This document shows positions 1 to 8,939 of a stretch of 64,000 bases of DNA, piece after piece (the stretch's first letter is position 1; each line of letters opens with the position of its first letter). The position numbers were made by a program, and so were the translations under genes. The notes beneath the pieces are model-generated. The model saw only the letters and a list, made by a program, of their open reading frames with translations. It had not been told where the DNA came from and made no database searches. The stretch covers positions 1-64,000 of the IMG/VR virus record IMGVR_UViG_3300032242_003075; one strand, 5' to 3'. The stretch comes from a virus.

Positions 1-151
1 GTACTTGTCGTTGTCGGAGCTAATGTCGTAGTCGTCGTTGTTGCTCTAGTAGTTGTACTTGTCGTTGTCGGAGCTAATGTCGTAGTCGTCGTTGTTGCTC
101 TAGTAGTTGTACTTGTCGTTGTCGGAGCTAATGTCGTAGTCGTCGTTGTTG
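1..151 (-). repeat. 54-bp exact coding tandem repeat (about 2.8 copies visible) encoding TTTTTTLAPTTTSTTTRA
   Basis: Unit gtacttgtcgttgtcggagctaatgtcgtagtcgtcgttgttgctctagtagtt at 1-54, 55-108 and partial 109-151. Confidence 0.95.
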
Positions 152-2174
152 TCGGAACCGCAGTTGTCGTAGTCGTAGTGCCTATGTATCCTGAACAATC
201 AATTGAAGTAATTGTTTGAGCTGAATGACTAAATCTAAAACAGAATTCGCATGATCCAAGTATCACCTTAACATCTCCGTCTGCAATCGTTCTAGTGACA
301 GCGATTGGGATGACTCCTCCTGCAATAGGAACTCCGAACTGTTGTATTGAGTAATAAACACCACTAGGGCCATTTATTACGAAAGTTACAGCATCTTCTG
401 CAATCCTAGTGGCGGTTACCGTGAATTGTTGGCAGTATAGAGTGGTTGTAGTCGTAGGCATTACTGTGGTAGTCGTCGTTAAACCATGAGTCGTAGTGCT
501 AGTAGTAGTCGGGCTAGAAGTTGTTGTCGATGTAGTTGGGCCAAGAGTCGTAGTGCTTGTCGTGGTGGTTGTGCTAGCGATGTATCCTGAACAATCAATA
601 GGAGTAACGGTTTGATATGCATGACTGAATCTAAAACAGAACTCGCATGAACTTATTATAACTTTAACGTCTCCACCTGCTATTGTTCTGGTGACTGCTG
701 CTGGAATTACTCCACCTGCTATAGGAACTCCAAATTGCTGTATTGAATAATAAACACCGCTAGGACCATTTACCGTAAAGGTTATAACGTCTTGAGCTAT
801 TCTAGTTGCGGTAACTGAAAATTGTTGACAGTATAAAGTTGTGGTCGTTGTAGTCGGCGTAATTGTCGTCGTTGTGGTAGTCGTTGGACTAGAAGTTGTA
901 GTTGTAGTTGTTGTCGGACTATGAGTGGTTGTTGTCGTAGTAGGTACCGCAACGTAAGGAATCAAGAAAAATGGACTAAATGTTGAGACTCTAGCGTATA
1001 CTGTTCTAGTCGAATAATTTGGAGAATAAGGACCTGTTAAAATGGTCTGATCGACGTACACTCCACCAATTTCATGAAATATTCTAATTGCACTAAATTC
1101 GCTTGGACTTATTGAATTCGGAAGAGTGAATTTAACTCGTGCATTACCAGTTATTAAAGTTGATATATCGTAAGCTTCTAACGAATTCGTTAAAAGGTAG
1201 CCTTCCGGTAAACTGCCTGAGGGCGGATTCACGGTTGGAATTGGTACTGCACAGACGGTCACCGGCGAACTTGGAGTAACCGATGAATCGAATATTACCT
1301 GAATTCCAAAATTGTTGAAGGTTGCTGTAGTATCTCCAGCCTGAATTATTGAGGTTGAACAATAGATTCCAGCAGCTCCACAGTAAGGATCAGCGGTCTC
1401 GTACATTAACGTAACCGTATCACCCGAATCTAGATCATATCCGGCAATCGTTGGGTTCCAAAAAAGTTCGTCTAAAACGTCAACGTAACCGTAGTTAGTC
1501 GAAGTCGATCCAGAGTCTTTGCTAAAGTAGGCAGCCTCACTAACGTTTCCGTCCCCAACCAAAACTTCAAGGCCGTTAACGAATAGTAGAAATGGGCTCG
1601 TTGAAACTGGCGCAGGCATTGGATTTATTCCAAGTGAAATTAGGCCTGATGAACCTGAAACTGCATTTGACACCACTGATCTGGTGATCCACTGGGTGCA
1701 AATTCCAAAACCTCCACCGCTAAGTAATGTCCAGCCTGTCGTAGTTAGGTATCCGTAAAATCCTTCAATTCTGCCGCTTTGTGCTGTAATGTAAACGATT
1801 TCACCAGGAATACCGGTGGAAGGCAGAACACCGAAAACGTTTAGTCTTAATCGTTTGCCCTCAAGAACATCATCAACGATTGTGTTTTTCGCCGTTATTG
1901 TACCAGTAGGATACAATTTAATTACTTCTGGATAGGTTCCACCGGGCAATTGAGCTCCATACACGGTAACTCCATTTCTAGCAATGACTGTGTCTGCTGA
2001 TATTGCCTGAATGTCAACGCTTAATTGTGAACCCTGAGTGTAATTTATTGAGGTTAAAAAATCAGTTAATGCAGATTTTAGGGTGGTAAAATTAAAATTA
2101 GAGAGCTCAACGACATTGGTCAGGTTAGTCCCATTTATCGATTTTATCCCAGAAATACTTATTTGAACTGACAT
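1..2174 (-). CDS. Large Thr-rich (mucin-like) virion fibre/surface protein, 3' end runs off the window (absent from the ORF track)
   Basis: Hand translation from ATG at 2174 (MSVQISISGIKSINGTNLTNVVELSNFNFTTLKSAL...) is open to base 1 (>724 aa). It has Thr/Pro tracts, two 86-aa Cys-containing repeats and a late promoter motif at 2197-2203. Confidence 0.85.
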   Translation of the reverse strand, partial: MSVQISISGIKSINGTNLTNVVELSNFNFTTLKSALTDFLTSINYTQGSQLSVDIQAISADTVIARNGVTVYGAQLPGGTYPEVIKLYPTGTITAKNTIVDDVLEGKRLRLNVFGVLPSTGIPGEIVYITAQSGRIEGFYGYLTTTGWTLLSGGGFGICTQWITRSVVSNAVSGSSGLISLGINPMPAPVSTSPFLLFVNGLEVLVGDGNVSEAAYFSKDSGSTSTNYGYVDVLDELFWNPTIAGYDLDSGDTVTLMYETADPYCGAAGIYCSTSIIQAGDTTATFNNFGIQVIFDSSVTPSSPVTVCAVPIPTVNPPSGSLPEGYLLTNSLEAYDISTLITGNARVKFTLPNSISPSEFSAIRIFHEIGGVYVDQTILTGPYSPNYSTRTVYARVSTFSPFFLIPYVAVPTTTTTTHSPTTTTTTTSSPTTTTTTTITPTTTTTTLYCQQFSVTATRIAQDVITFTVNGPSGVYYSIQQFGVPIAGGVIPAAVTRTIAGGDVKVIISSCEFCFRFSHAYQTVTPIDCSGYIASTTTTTSTTTLGPTTSTTTSSPTTTSTTTHGLTTTTTVMPTTTTTLYCQQFTVTATRIAEDAVTFVINGPSGVYYSIQQFGVPIAGGVIPIAVTRTIADGDVKVILGSCEFCFRFSHSAQTITSIDCSGYIGTTTTTTAVPTTTTTTTLAPTTTSTTTRATTTTTTLAPTTTSTTTRATTTTTTLAPTTTS
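183..836 (-). repeat. Duplicated 258-bp (86-aa) Cys-containing domain, copies at 579-836 and 183-440, separated by a Thr-rich linker
   Basis: Both translate LYCQQF.VTATRIA.D..TF..NGPSGVYYSIQQFGVPIAGGVIP.AVTRTIA.GDVKVI..SCEFCFRFSH..QT.T.IDCSGYI. Confidence 0.9.
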
Positions 2175-2211
2175 TTAATGTTGGGCTCCTTTTGTTTATT
2201 TATTAACTGGT

Positions 2212-3564
2212 TTACTTTGAGACCGATTTACTTCCCTTAGTACCAGCAGGTAAAATCTCGGTCTTTTTATCGACCTTTGAGCCTAGAGCAATCACGCCTG
2301 ATCTAACGATGCACTCATTCAGGTTAGCATATATCACGCACTCCGGTGAGCTCTTAATGTAGCTCATGTCAATTCGATTATCCCCACCCTTATCGAATCG
2401 ACATTCGTCTAGCTGGCAGTATCGAATATCATTATTGGTCATGATTCTACATTCGGTGATATGTGATGATCTTACTTTACAGCTGTAAAGTGAGCAGTTT
2501 ACAATCTCGGATTCAAGGGTGCAGTTAATGAAGTCTAGATCATGAAGCCCAAATCCTTCCTTTATTGTCGAATCCTTTACTTGAACTCTTTTTGTTTGAG
2601 AATCGTAATTAACTTGGCCCTTTTTCATTTTACCGAAGGTTATTAAATCAAATAATGACTCTCTTATGTTTAGGTAATTTGAGGTAAGAACCCTAGGGTC
2701 ATCAACTAGATCAACGTAAAGGTTAATGTCCGGAAATGATTTTTTAAAGTTCTCGTAGGTCTTGATCGATAGAGTAGTTTCACGCTGAGTTTGCATGATT
2801 CCCTGAACCTTTTTTCTTTCATCAATCGAATACGAATAATTGTCCAATAAAGTTACATACAGGGTCTCAGCAACGTAATTTATTAGGTTAGTTGCGCTTG
2901 CTCTGTGATTCTGATAATCAGGTCCACCGGCGTATCTAACTTCCAAGTAACCTTGTGACAGCTTATCAAAATTTAGACCAAAGTACTTTGAATGAGGATA
3001 TTGATAGTCTAACGGACTGCCTGGGCTTGAGTAATTGATTGAAGTCTCAGATAAAAACTTATTCTTTGGATAGATGTCAAGCACCGAATTCTTATAGATT
3101 TTTTGAACCCTTGATTTAGCAGACGGCCACATCTCGAATATTCTTTCCTCGTTAAGACCGAGAATGTACTTAAACACGTTTAGATGTTGAAGTCTGTCCT
3201 TTAGGCCAAGATCAAACTCGTTTAACGAAATGTTGATGTGAAATCCTGTTCGATCAGTGGTGAATCCGTTTTCATCGATGAAGTTCATCACCTTGTACAT
3301 TACATGGATTGCTTCATCGTATGACATTACTCCAGTAATGAGCTCGTTCATCTTAAATCCACCCGAAAAATCAGGTTCTAATTTGAACTCATTCGCTGAG
3401 ACCTGGATGTCTGAATGATAATCATCTGTCCAGATGACTTTTTTATTTAGAGAAGATTCTAACATTCGTGCAAGTTCTTCCCTTTTTATCGGAGAAAAGA
3501 ATTCAAATTCGAATCCCAGCTTTACGTTGTCGAATAGTTTCTTTTGATTTAGGTCTTTATACAT
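2212..3564 (-). CDS. Putative amidoligase (COOH-NH2 ligase / glutamine-synthetase-like fold) with C-terminal beta-solenoid-like region
   Basis: Motifs LGFEFEF, LEPDFS, ELITG, TGFHINIS, KYFGLNF, YLEVRY; C-terminus has short Cys/Ser/Ile periodic repeats. Confidence 0.7.
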   Translation of the reverse strand: MYKDLNQKKLFDNVKLGFEFEFFSPIKREELARMLESSLNKKVIWTDDYHSDIQVSANEFKLEPDFSGGFKMNELITGVMSYDEAIHVMYKVMNFIDENGFTTDRTGFHINISLNEFDLGLKDRLQHLNVFKYILGLNEERIFEMWPSAKSRVQKIYKNSVLDIYPKNKFLSETSINYSSPGSPLDYQYPHSKYFGLNFDKLSQGYLEVRYAGGPDYQNHRASATNLINYVAETLYVTLLDNYSYSIDERKKVQGIMQTQRETTLSIKTYENFKKSFPDINLYVDLVDDPRVLTSNYLNIRESLFDLITFGKMKKGQVNYDSQTKRVQVKDSTIKEGFGLHDLDFINCTLESEIVNCSLYSCKVRSSHITECRIMTNNDIRYCQLDECRFDKGGDNRIDMSYIKSSPECVIYANLNECIVRSGVIALGSKVDKKTEILPAGTKGSKSVSK

Positions 3565-3571
3565 TTAGTAG

Positions 3572-5638
3572 TTATCTATTTATTGCAATGAATGGAACGT
3601 TAAGCCTTGGTCTAGCATTATCAATTATGTCAAGCAGAGATTCGTCCCTAACGAACAATTGGCTTATTATAAATTCGTGATCTTCGTCCTGAACCATCGT
3701 GTTAAACAGCCTCACGTTTGTGATTAGGTAATTGGCACTAGGTAAGCTCCAATTTTGGGTTGTTACGAATGAGAATGTGCCTATGTTTAACGAATTTGTG
3801 TATTCTCGATTGACTCCGTTTAAGTTCTTAACGTTCGATGGATCTTGATTAAACGAATATAGGTTAACCTCAACTTGACCGTATTGGGAAGAAACTGGAA
3901 CGATTAGAGCGTACCATGAACCTGCATTAATTTCTCCAACTGAAAATGAATGTGATGTTCCATTTATGTTAACGTAGACCACCATGGTTAGCGTGCCTGA
4001 GTTGTCAGAGAGTGCGCAGGAAATGACCAAACCCTTATCTAATAGGTTATCATATCCGTCGAATATTTTAATGGTCTGTGATCCCCTATTAAAATTTACA
4101 AGGGCTGAAAATGTCATGTTAGGAGTTCTATCAGTCGATGCGACTGATTTATAAATGACCGCATGCTCGGATTGTTTAAATTGTAGAACGCCTGATGAGT
4201 ATTCACTAAGAGATCTTCTATTTGACGAGGACAGAGATAACGTTCGATAACCTTCAACCGCCACGAACTTACCAAGAGAGGTGTGAGATTCCTTGGGGCC
4301 GTTCATTTTAACCGGAGTTAATCCAGTCAACGAGTCAACCGATGAATCGCCTGTGTTTAACTGTCTATTTAACCAGGCTTGGTATATTGAGCTGTTTTCA
4401 TAAGCAATGATCTCAAATGGTTCAACTGAGGTTAGACTCTGATCCTTACTATCACCATTTGAAACGATTGCGTAATTAGCAATGACCGGTTTGATTGAGC
4501 TCATATCGTAGTAGTACTCAATTAAAGGAGCATAATGATAGGTTAAGTCCTGGATCTTGTTAGTTAGGTCAGCGTGCAAGCTTTGTCGAGTTTCATCGAA
4601 CTTGGTTGAAATGGTGCTGAACTGTTGCTTATTCAGAGCGTCCTTCTTTTGAACCTCGGCAGGTTTACCAAAAAGCTCATCGCTTGTCATGATGATGTTG
4701 TCCAAGAACTTACGGTCATCCGCATTGGTCAACATGTCAATGTTAGGATGAAATTTGGTCAATTGAATCTTCCAGTAAAGAGGTTCCATCATGAATCCCC
4801 TAAACAGGTAGCTTCCCTGAATCTCGTACATTCGGTTAGTTAACGGAAAGTAGAGATAATCTCTCTTTCGAGGCTGTGAATCCGGCCCAAATATTGATTG
4901 AAAATATATGTGATCTACGTGTATTTCAAATGGAATCTCAAAATCGACTCCGAATTCGGTGAAGTTTGGTTTATTGTCCGGAAATACGTTATTCGGAACG
5001 ACAACCTTAACGCACTTACGTGAAGCCGTTTTATAGAGAGTCCATTCCTTAAAGATAAAATCACCGCTTGCTCTATCCGGCTCAGTTTTAAAGTAAATCA
5101 CCTCAAGCCCGAATATTTTGTTGGTTTGATAGCTCAATTCTCGATTAATTCCTATTGCTGAGCTAACGTCATACGGCTTAAACGATGACTCCCTTTCTCC
5201 TATTATGGCCGGGCATCTCTCGGTTGAACAGTAAACGGAAGGCGTGTACAGGGACTCTGAGAGTTTTGTGCTGCTTACCTTAAACTTAACTGAATTAACC
5301 GTTAGCTGGATGGCTAACTTATCGTATGTGGAATCGTCGTATTCGTATTTTACCTCAATGAATACTTCAGATTCTCCGAATTCCAGACCGGTTATGCTGG
5401 ATAGATCAGCTGGGCTGAAATTGTACCAAAGGGACCAATTTCCCCTATCTGTTGAGTACCTGAACTTTCTAATTAACCTAGTTAGGTCAGCTGACCCCAA
5501 CGTAAGATCCTCATCAAATCCCATGATTTGAACCGCTCCAAGTATCGGATCACCGGTTGAAAAAATTCTGTAATTCTTACTGTAAGTAATATGATTCTTA
5601 TCTAGGTCAGGGATGATCTTGTACGTAACTACCTGCAT
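3572..5638 (-). CDS. Neck/head-completion protein (T4 gp14-like core) with extra N- and C-terminal domains
   Basis: FGVDFEIPFEIHV...QPRKRDYLYFPLTNRMYEI resembles the gp14 P-x-x-x-D-x-x-YFP...FEI motif; beta-rich LamG-like C-terminus; late promoter upstream. Confidence 0.6.
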   Translation of the reverse strand: MQVVTYKIIPDLDKNHITYSKNYRIFSTGDPILGAVQIMGFDEDLTLGSADLTRLIRKFRYSTDRGNWSLWYNFSPADLSSITGLEFGESEVFIEVKYEYDDSTYDKLAIQLTVNSVKFKVSSTKLSESLYTPSVYCSTERCPAIIGERESSFKPYDVSSAIGINRELSYQTNKIFGLEVIYFKTEPDRASGDFIFKEWTLYKTASRKCVKVVVPNNVFPDNKPNFTEFGVDFEIPFEIHVDHIYFQSIFGPDSQPRKRDYLYFPLTNRMYEIQGSYLFRGFMMEPLYWKIQLTKFHPNIDMLTNADDRKFLDNIIMTSDELFGKPAEVQKKDALNKQQFSTISTKFDETRQSLHADLTNKIQDLTYHYAPLIEYYYDMSSIKPVIANYAIVSNGDSKDQSLTSVEPFEIIAYENSSIYQAWLNRQLNTGDSSVDSLTGLTPVKMNGPKESHTSLGKFVAVEGYRTLSLSSSNRRSLSEYSSGVLQFKQSEHAVIYKSVASTDRTPNMTFSALVNFNRGSQTIKIFDGYDNLLDKGLVISCALSDNSGTLTMVVYVNINGTSHSFSVGEINAGSWYALIVPVSSQYGQVEVNLYSFNQDPSNVKNLNGVNREYTNSLNIGTFSFVTTQNWSLPSANYLITNVRLFNTMVQDEDHEFIISQLFVRDESLLDIIDNARPRLNVPFIAINR

Positions 5639-5715
5639 TTGGAATTCTTTTTGTTATTTATCGCATAGCATTCAGGCTTTAGGTAGAAATAAATAATAAT
5701 AAACTTGGAAGAATT

Positions 5716-6507
5716 ATGAAACCTCTTAACCTTAAGCTGGTTCTCGATCCAATGTGGATTTGCTCAGCAAGTCATTTCGACCTAGAGTACTACACCTACG
5801 TTCTACTGGGTGCAAAGCAGACCTATTTAGCTAACTTAGAATCTGGCTTTATAAATTTCTATGAGATCGTATTTCACTACCTAAATCTAAACACAATAAT
5901 TGCGGATAAGAAGGTATACGACTCTCAGCTTAATGCTGTAAATTCTCACTTTAGAATAATGGAGCTCGTTAGTCAACTTACAAATAAGGAAGCTAATGAC
6001 GGTAAGGAAATTGTCAAGATAGCATCATCCGTTTTTGGGGATGTGATGCTTACTTACCTTAAGAAACAAATCCCAGCATTGGAAAATCTTCACTTTCACT
6101 TCAATAATTCACAAATTCATAAACAGGATAAGGTATACATCGTTTGTAAATCGGCTAAGTTGGACCGGTATGAGGTGTACTTGCTCAACTTTAAAAGCAA
6201 GAAAAACTTGGGATATTCAATAACCCGAAAGGTTGTGTTGGACTTACCTGATCTTAAGCAAAACGAATTTAAGAAAAGACTACTTGAACGTAGACCCCTT
6301 CTTACTGACTTTAACTCGGATCTTAATGTGATCGTTGTTTCAGGAATGGACCAGGTCGTTTTAGAAAACGGAGTTTGTCTTACAAAGGACATAATTCTTC
6401 TCAATAAACTAATGAATCTAGCTCATGGCTTTGATGCTAACGTGATGTTGGATTACGAAAGAATGCTTGAAAAGAAAAAGAAGATTCCGTTTAAGCTTAA
6501 GGTTTAA
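5716..6507 (+). CDS. Hypothetical protein
   Basis: 263-aa ORF with its own ATAAATA motif at 5689-5695; no recognisable family. Confidence 0.7.
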   Translation: MKPLNLKLVLDPMWICSASHFDLEYYTYVLLGAKQTYLANLESGFINFYEIVFHYLNLNTIIADKKVYDSQLNAVNSHFRIMELVSQLTNKEANDGKEIVKIASSVFGDVMLTYLKKQIPALENLHFHFNNSQIHKQDKVYIVCKSAKLDRYEVYLLNFKSKKNLGYSITRKVVLDLPDLKQNEFKKRLLERRPLLTDFNSDLNVIVVSGMDQVVLENGVCLTKDIILLNKLMNLAHGFDANVMLDYERMLEKKKKIPFKLKV

Positions 6508-8939
6508 GTAGCTGCTGTGTAGCTGCCGCTGACCCAAATTTCAACCGATTCTGAGTATTTAGAAGCCCCTGAATCATAAGGCTTTCTAGCGTTCCTATCA
6601 AATAATATGTACTGATTTAGCCTAGTTGTTGGAGCAGTAGTTGTGTCAGTCGGTAACACAGTTGGACTATACAAGTAAATAATTGATGTTGTATCTCCCT
6701 GAACTGCCTTGGTCATACCGACAAAATTAGTATAGCAAGTTTCGCCATACGGAATGCTTGCAACGCTAATGTACGGATCAGGTAAGGTGGTTAAATCTAG
6801 AACTGACACGCTAGAATGAAAATCTCCTGAAACTGCATAGGGCAGGTAAATTCCAAGTCCGGTGTACTGATGTGAGGTCCCTCCTGATGGAGTGTAATTA
6901 TCTGGCCAGTAATTTAAGTTAACTTGCATTCGAGCGGTAAAATTGACAAGCCTTCCAATCTTGGTGTATCGGTATGAGCTATAGTTGATGAACCCTAAAA
7001 AGGTACTGCAATCGATTGAACCGTTAACTGCGTTAGGTATGCCAAATCCGTCGACGTAAGTATACCCCATATTTATGAAGAATCTACCAGCTCCAGTAGA
7101 ATTAGTCCCTAATGTACCTTCAACGTAATCGTCCAACGTATTAGGATCAGAAGACGAAACTCGTGACGTTGCAAACGGTAAACCTTGAGCAAGTCGATCG
7201 TTTTTAATGACAATCGGTGCATTTGGAACATCTTCTGAAGAATTACCTATTTTAATTAATTTAGTCGCATCAGTTGCTGATATTGTGACGTTATCGGTAG
7301 TTGACGTTATGTTAGCTTGACCGTGAGCGGTCATTGTTAAATTACCGCTACTGTCAGCGGAAGCAGTTGATATGGTTAAATTTCCCGAACCGTCGATGCT
7401 AAGGTTACCTAGCCCGCTACCGTTCTTAAGCTCAATGCCAAGGCCGTCAAACTGCACTGCAGTTAAAGGAGTACCGGTGTTGGTGGAGCTGCCGGCTATT
7501 TTAATTCGGCTAACGTCGGTCGAAAATCCAATTCCAAAGTAGTAATTGTTAGCATCATTTGACGAGACTCCTTTTTTAATGAATATACCGTCAATTGAGA
7601 AACCAGCAGATGAATCGGTAGCTCCAATTATGTTGCTATTAGTTAGTCTCATTTCAATGACCCTAGAGTCATTTTTTGAATTTTCAGACTTGTTTATTTT
7701 CCATAGATGCTCGCTATTTCTTCTTGGTGAGAACGATGTTGCTGATTCGGAACCTACTGATGAAATATCGTACTCAGCTCTTAAAAAATAAGATCCAGGA
7801 TATGGGTTTGACCATCCTAAGTTTTCAATACGGTACTTACGAATCTTTAGATTCTCAAAGCTTGGACTTATTAAGTACTGGGACTGAGTTACAGTTCCTC
7901 CGCCTCCTCCGCTATTAGGATAGGTTGTTGAGATGTTATCGATTGATCCTAATTCCAATTGGTGTCTGTAACCTTTAGCGGTAGAAGCAAATTCTCTAGC
8001 TTCAGTTGCAATACCGTCGAAATAAGAATAAAGAGTTAGGTTTGCGGTGTTAGGAAATATCGTCTCGGAATCAGCTGATACTCTCAATAGGTTCTGTACT
8101 CCGGATCCAAGAGATGTTAAATTTACAGGAGTTGTTGATACTACGTCCGCTGGTGAAGCACATAGCTTGAAGTTATTCACGTCAACTACTAGTGCGTAGT
8201 ATGAAGTGGAGTTAGTTAGTCCGCCGATATTAGTACCTCCATTATTCGAATAGATCACATATTCTCCATTACTTAATCCATGAGTGTTAACGTTAATTGA
8301 ATCGGACCCAGTATTAACTGATAAGTTAGCATCGAAGCTTATCGGTGTCACACCATTCGTTGACATTACGATTGAGCCGCTTCCGTTTATTCTAACTGAG
8401 TACGTATTAGTTAGATTAAAATTGTGCAGCACCGTTTGATAATTATTACCTGTGCCAGGAGTGGAATAGGTTGGATCAGTTGGCTCGATAGAATTCGTTA
8501 AGTCAGTACCTATGGTTATTCTAGGAGTTATTATTCGTGAGCCTGACTTAAGTAGTGAATAGGGCGAAACGTTAACGCCTAACGCGGTTATTACAAGCTG
8601 GTTGAAATCGGTTGCTTTAGTCCAGTTGGTCAAATTCTTTTGCCAGATCGAATCACCGGTTATTAAAACGTCATTGACTCTAATCCCCGATGGAATTGTA
8701 ACGCCAGGAGATGAAGCTACTGTAGTTGAAGAACTATAGATCAATGATCCAGTTTCTCCAGCAGGTCCAGCAGGTCCAATTGGTCCAGCCGCTCCCTGTA
8801 ATCCAGTAGGCCCTATTTGTCCAGGTTGACCAACTCCCAATGCAATTAATTGGTTAAAGTTAAAGTTTATCTTAGACGATAGGTCCAATTGGCTATCGTT
8901 GGAGAAAACTTCCTTTAAATTTATTGTTACTGATGGCAT
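6504..8939 (-). CDS. Tail fibre-like protein with short collagen-like segment
   Basis: G-x-y run GQPGQIGPTGLQGAAGPIGPAGPAGETG; G/S/T/N-rich; C-terminal NTLDDYVEGT...YTKIGRLV motifs typical of phage fibre tips. Confidence 0.7.
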   Translation of the reverse strand: MPSVTINLKEVFSNDSQLDLSSKINFNFNQLIALGVGQPGQIGPTGLQGAAGPIGPAGPAGETGSLIYSSSTTVASSPGVTIPSGIRVNDVLITGDSIWQKNLTNWTKATDFNQLVITALGVNVSPYSLLKSGSRIITPRITIGTDLTNSIEPTDPTYSTPGTGNNYQTVLHNFNLTNTYSVRINGSGSIVMSTNGVTPISFDANLSVNTGSDSINVNTHGLSNGEYVIYSNNGGTNIGGLTNSTSYYALVVDVNNFKLCASPADVVSTTPVNLTSLGSGVQNLLRVSADSETIFPNTANLTLYSYFDGIATEAREFASTAKGYRHQLELGSIDNISTTYPNSGGGGGTVTQSQYLISPSFENLKIRKYRIENLGWSNPYPGSYFLRAEYDISSVGSESATSFSPRRNSEHLWKINKSENSKNDSRVIEMRLTNSNIIGATDSSAGFSIDGIFIKKGVSSNDANNYYFGIGFSTDVSRIKIAGSSTNTGTPLTAVQFDGLGIELKNGSGLGNLSIDGSGNLTISTASADSSGNLTMTAHGQANITSTTDNVTISATDATKLIKIGNSSEDVPNAPIVIKNDRLAQGLPFATSRVSSSDPNTLDDYVEGTLGTNSTGAGRFFINMGYTYVDGFGIPNAVNGSIDCSTFLGFINYSSYRYTKIGRLVNFTARMQVNLNYWPDNYTPSGGTSHQYTGLGIYLPYAVSGDFHSSVSVLDLTTLPDPYISVASIPYGETCYTNFVGMTKAVQGDTTSIIYLYSPTVLPTDTTTAPTTRLNQYILFDRNARKPYDSGASKYSESVEIWVSGSYTAAT

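Noticed and set aside
1-151. Direct repeats as a possible CRISPR array
   Set aside because: Units are contiguous, have no unique spacers, are a multiple of 3 and encode the Thr-rich ORF.
183-836. Duplicated 258-bp segments as a DGR template/variable repeat pair
   Set aside because: Differences are mostly synonymous and not adenine-specific, both copies are in-frame domains of one gene, and no reverse transcriptase is in the window.
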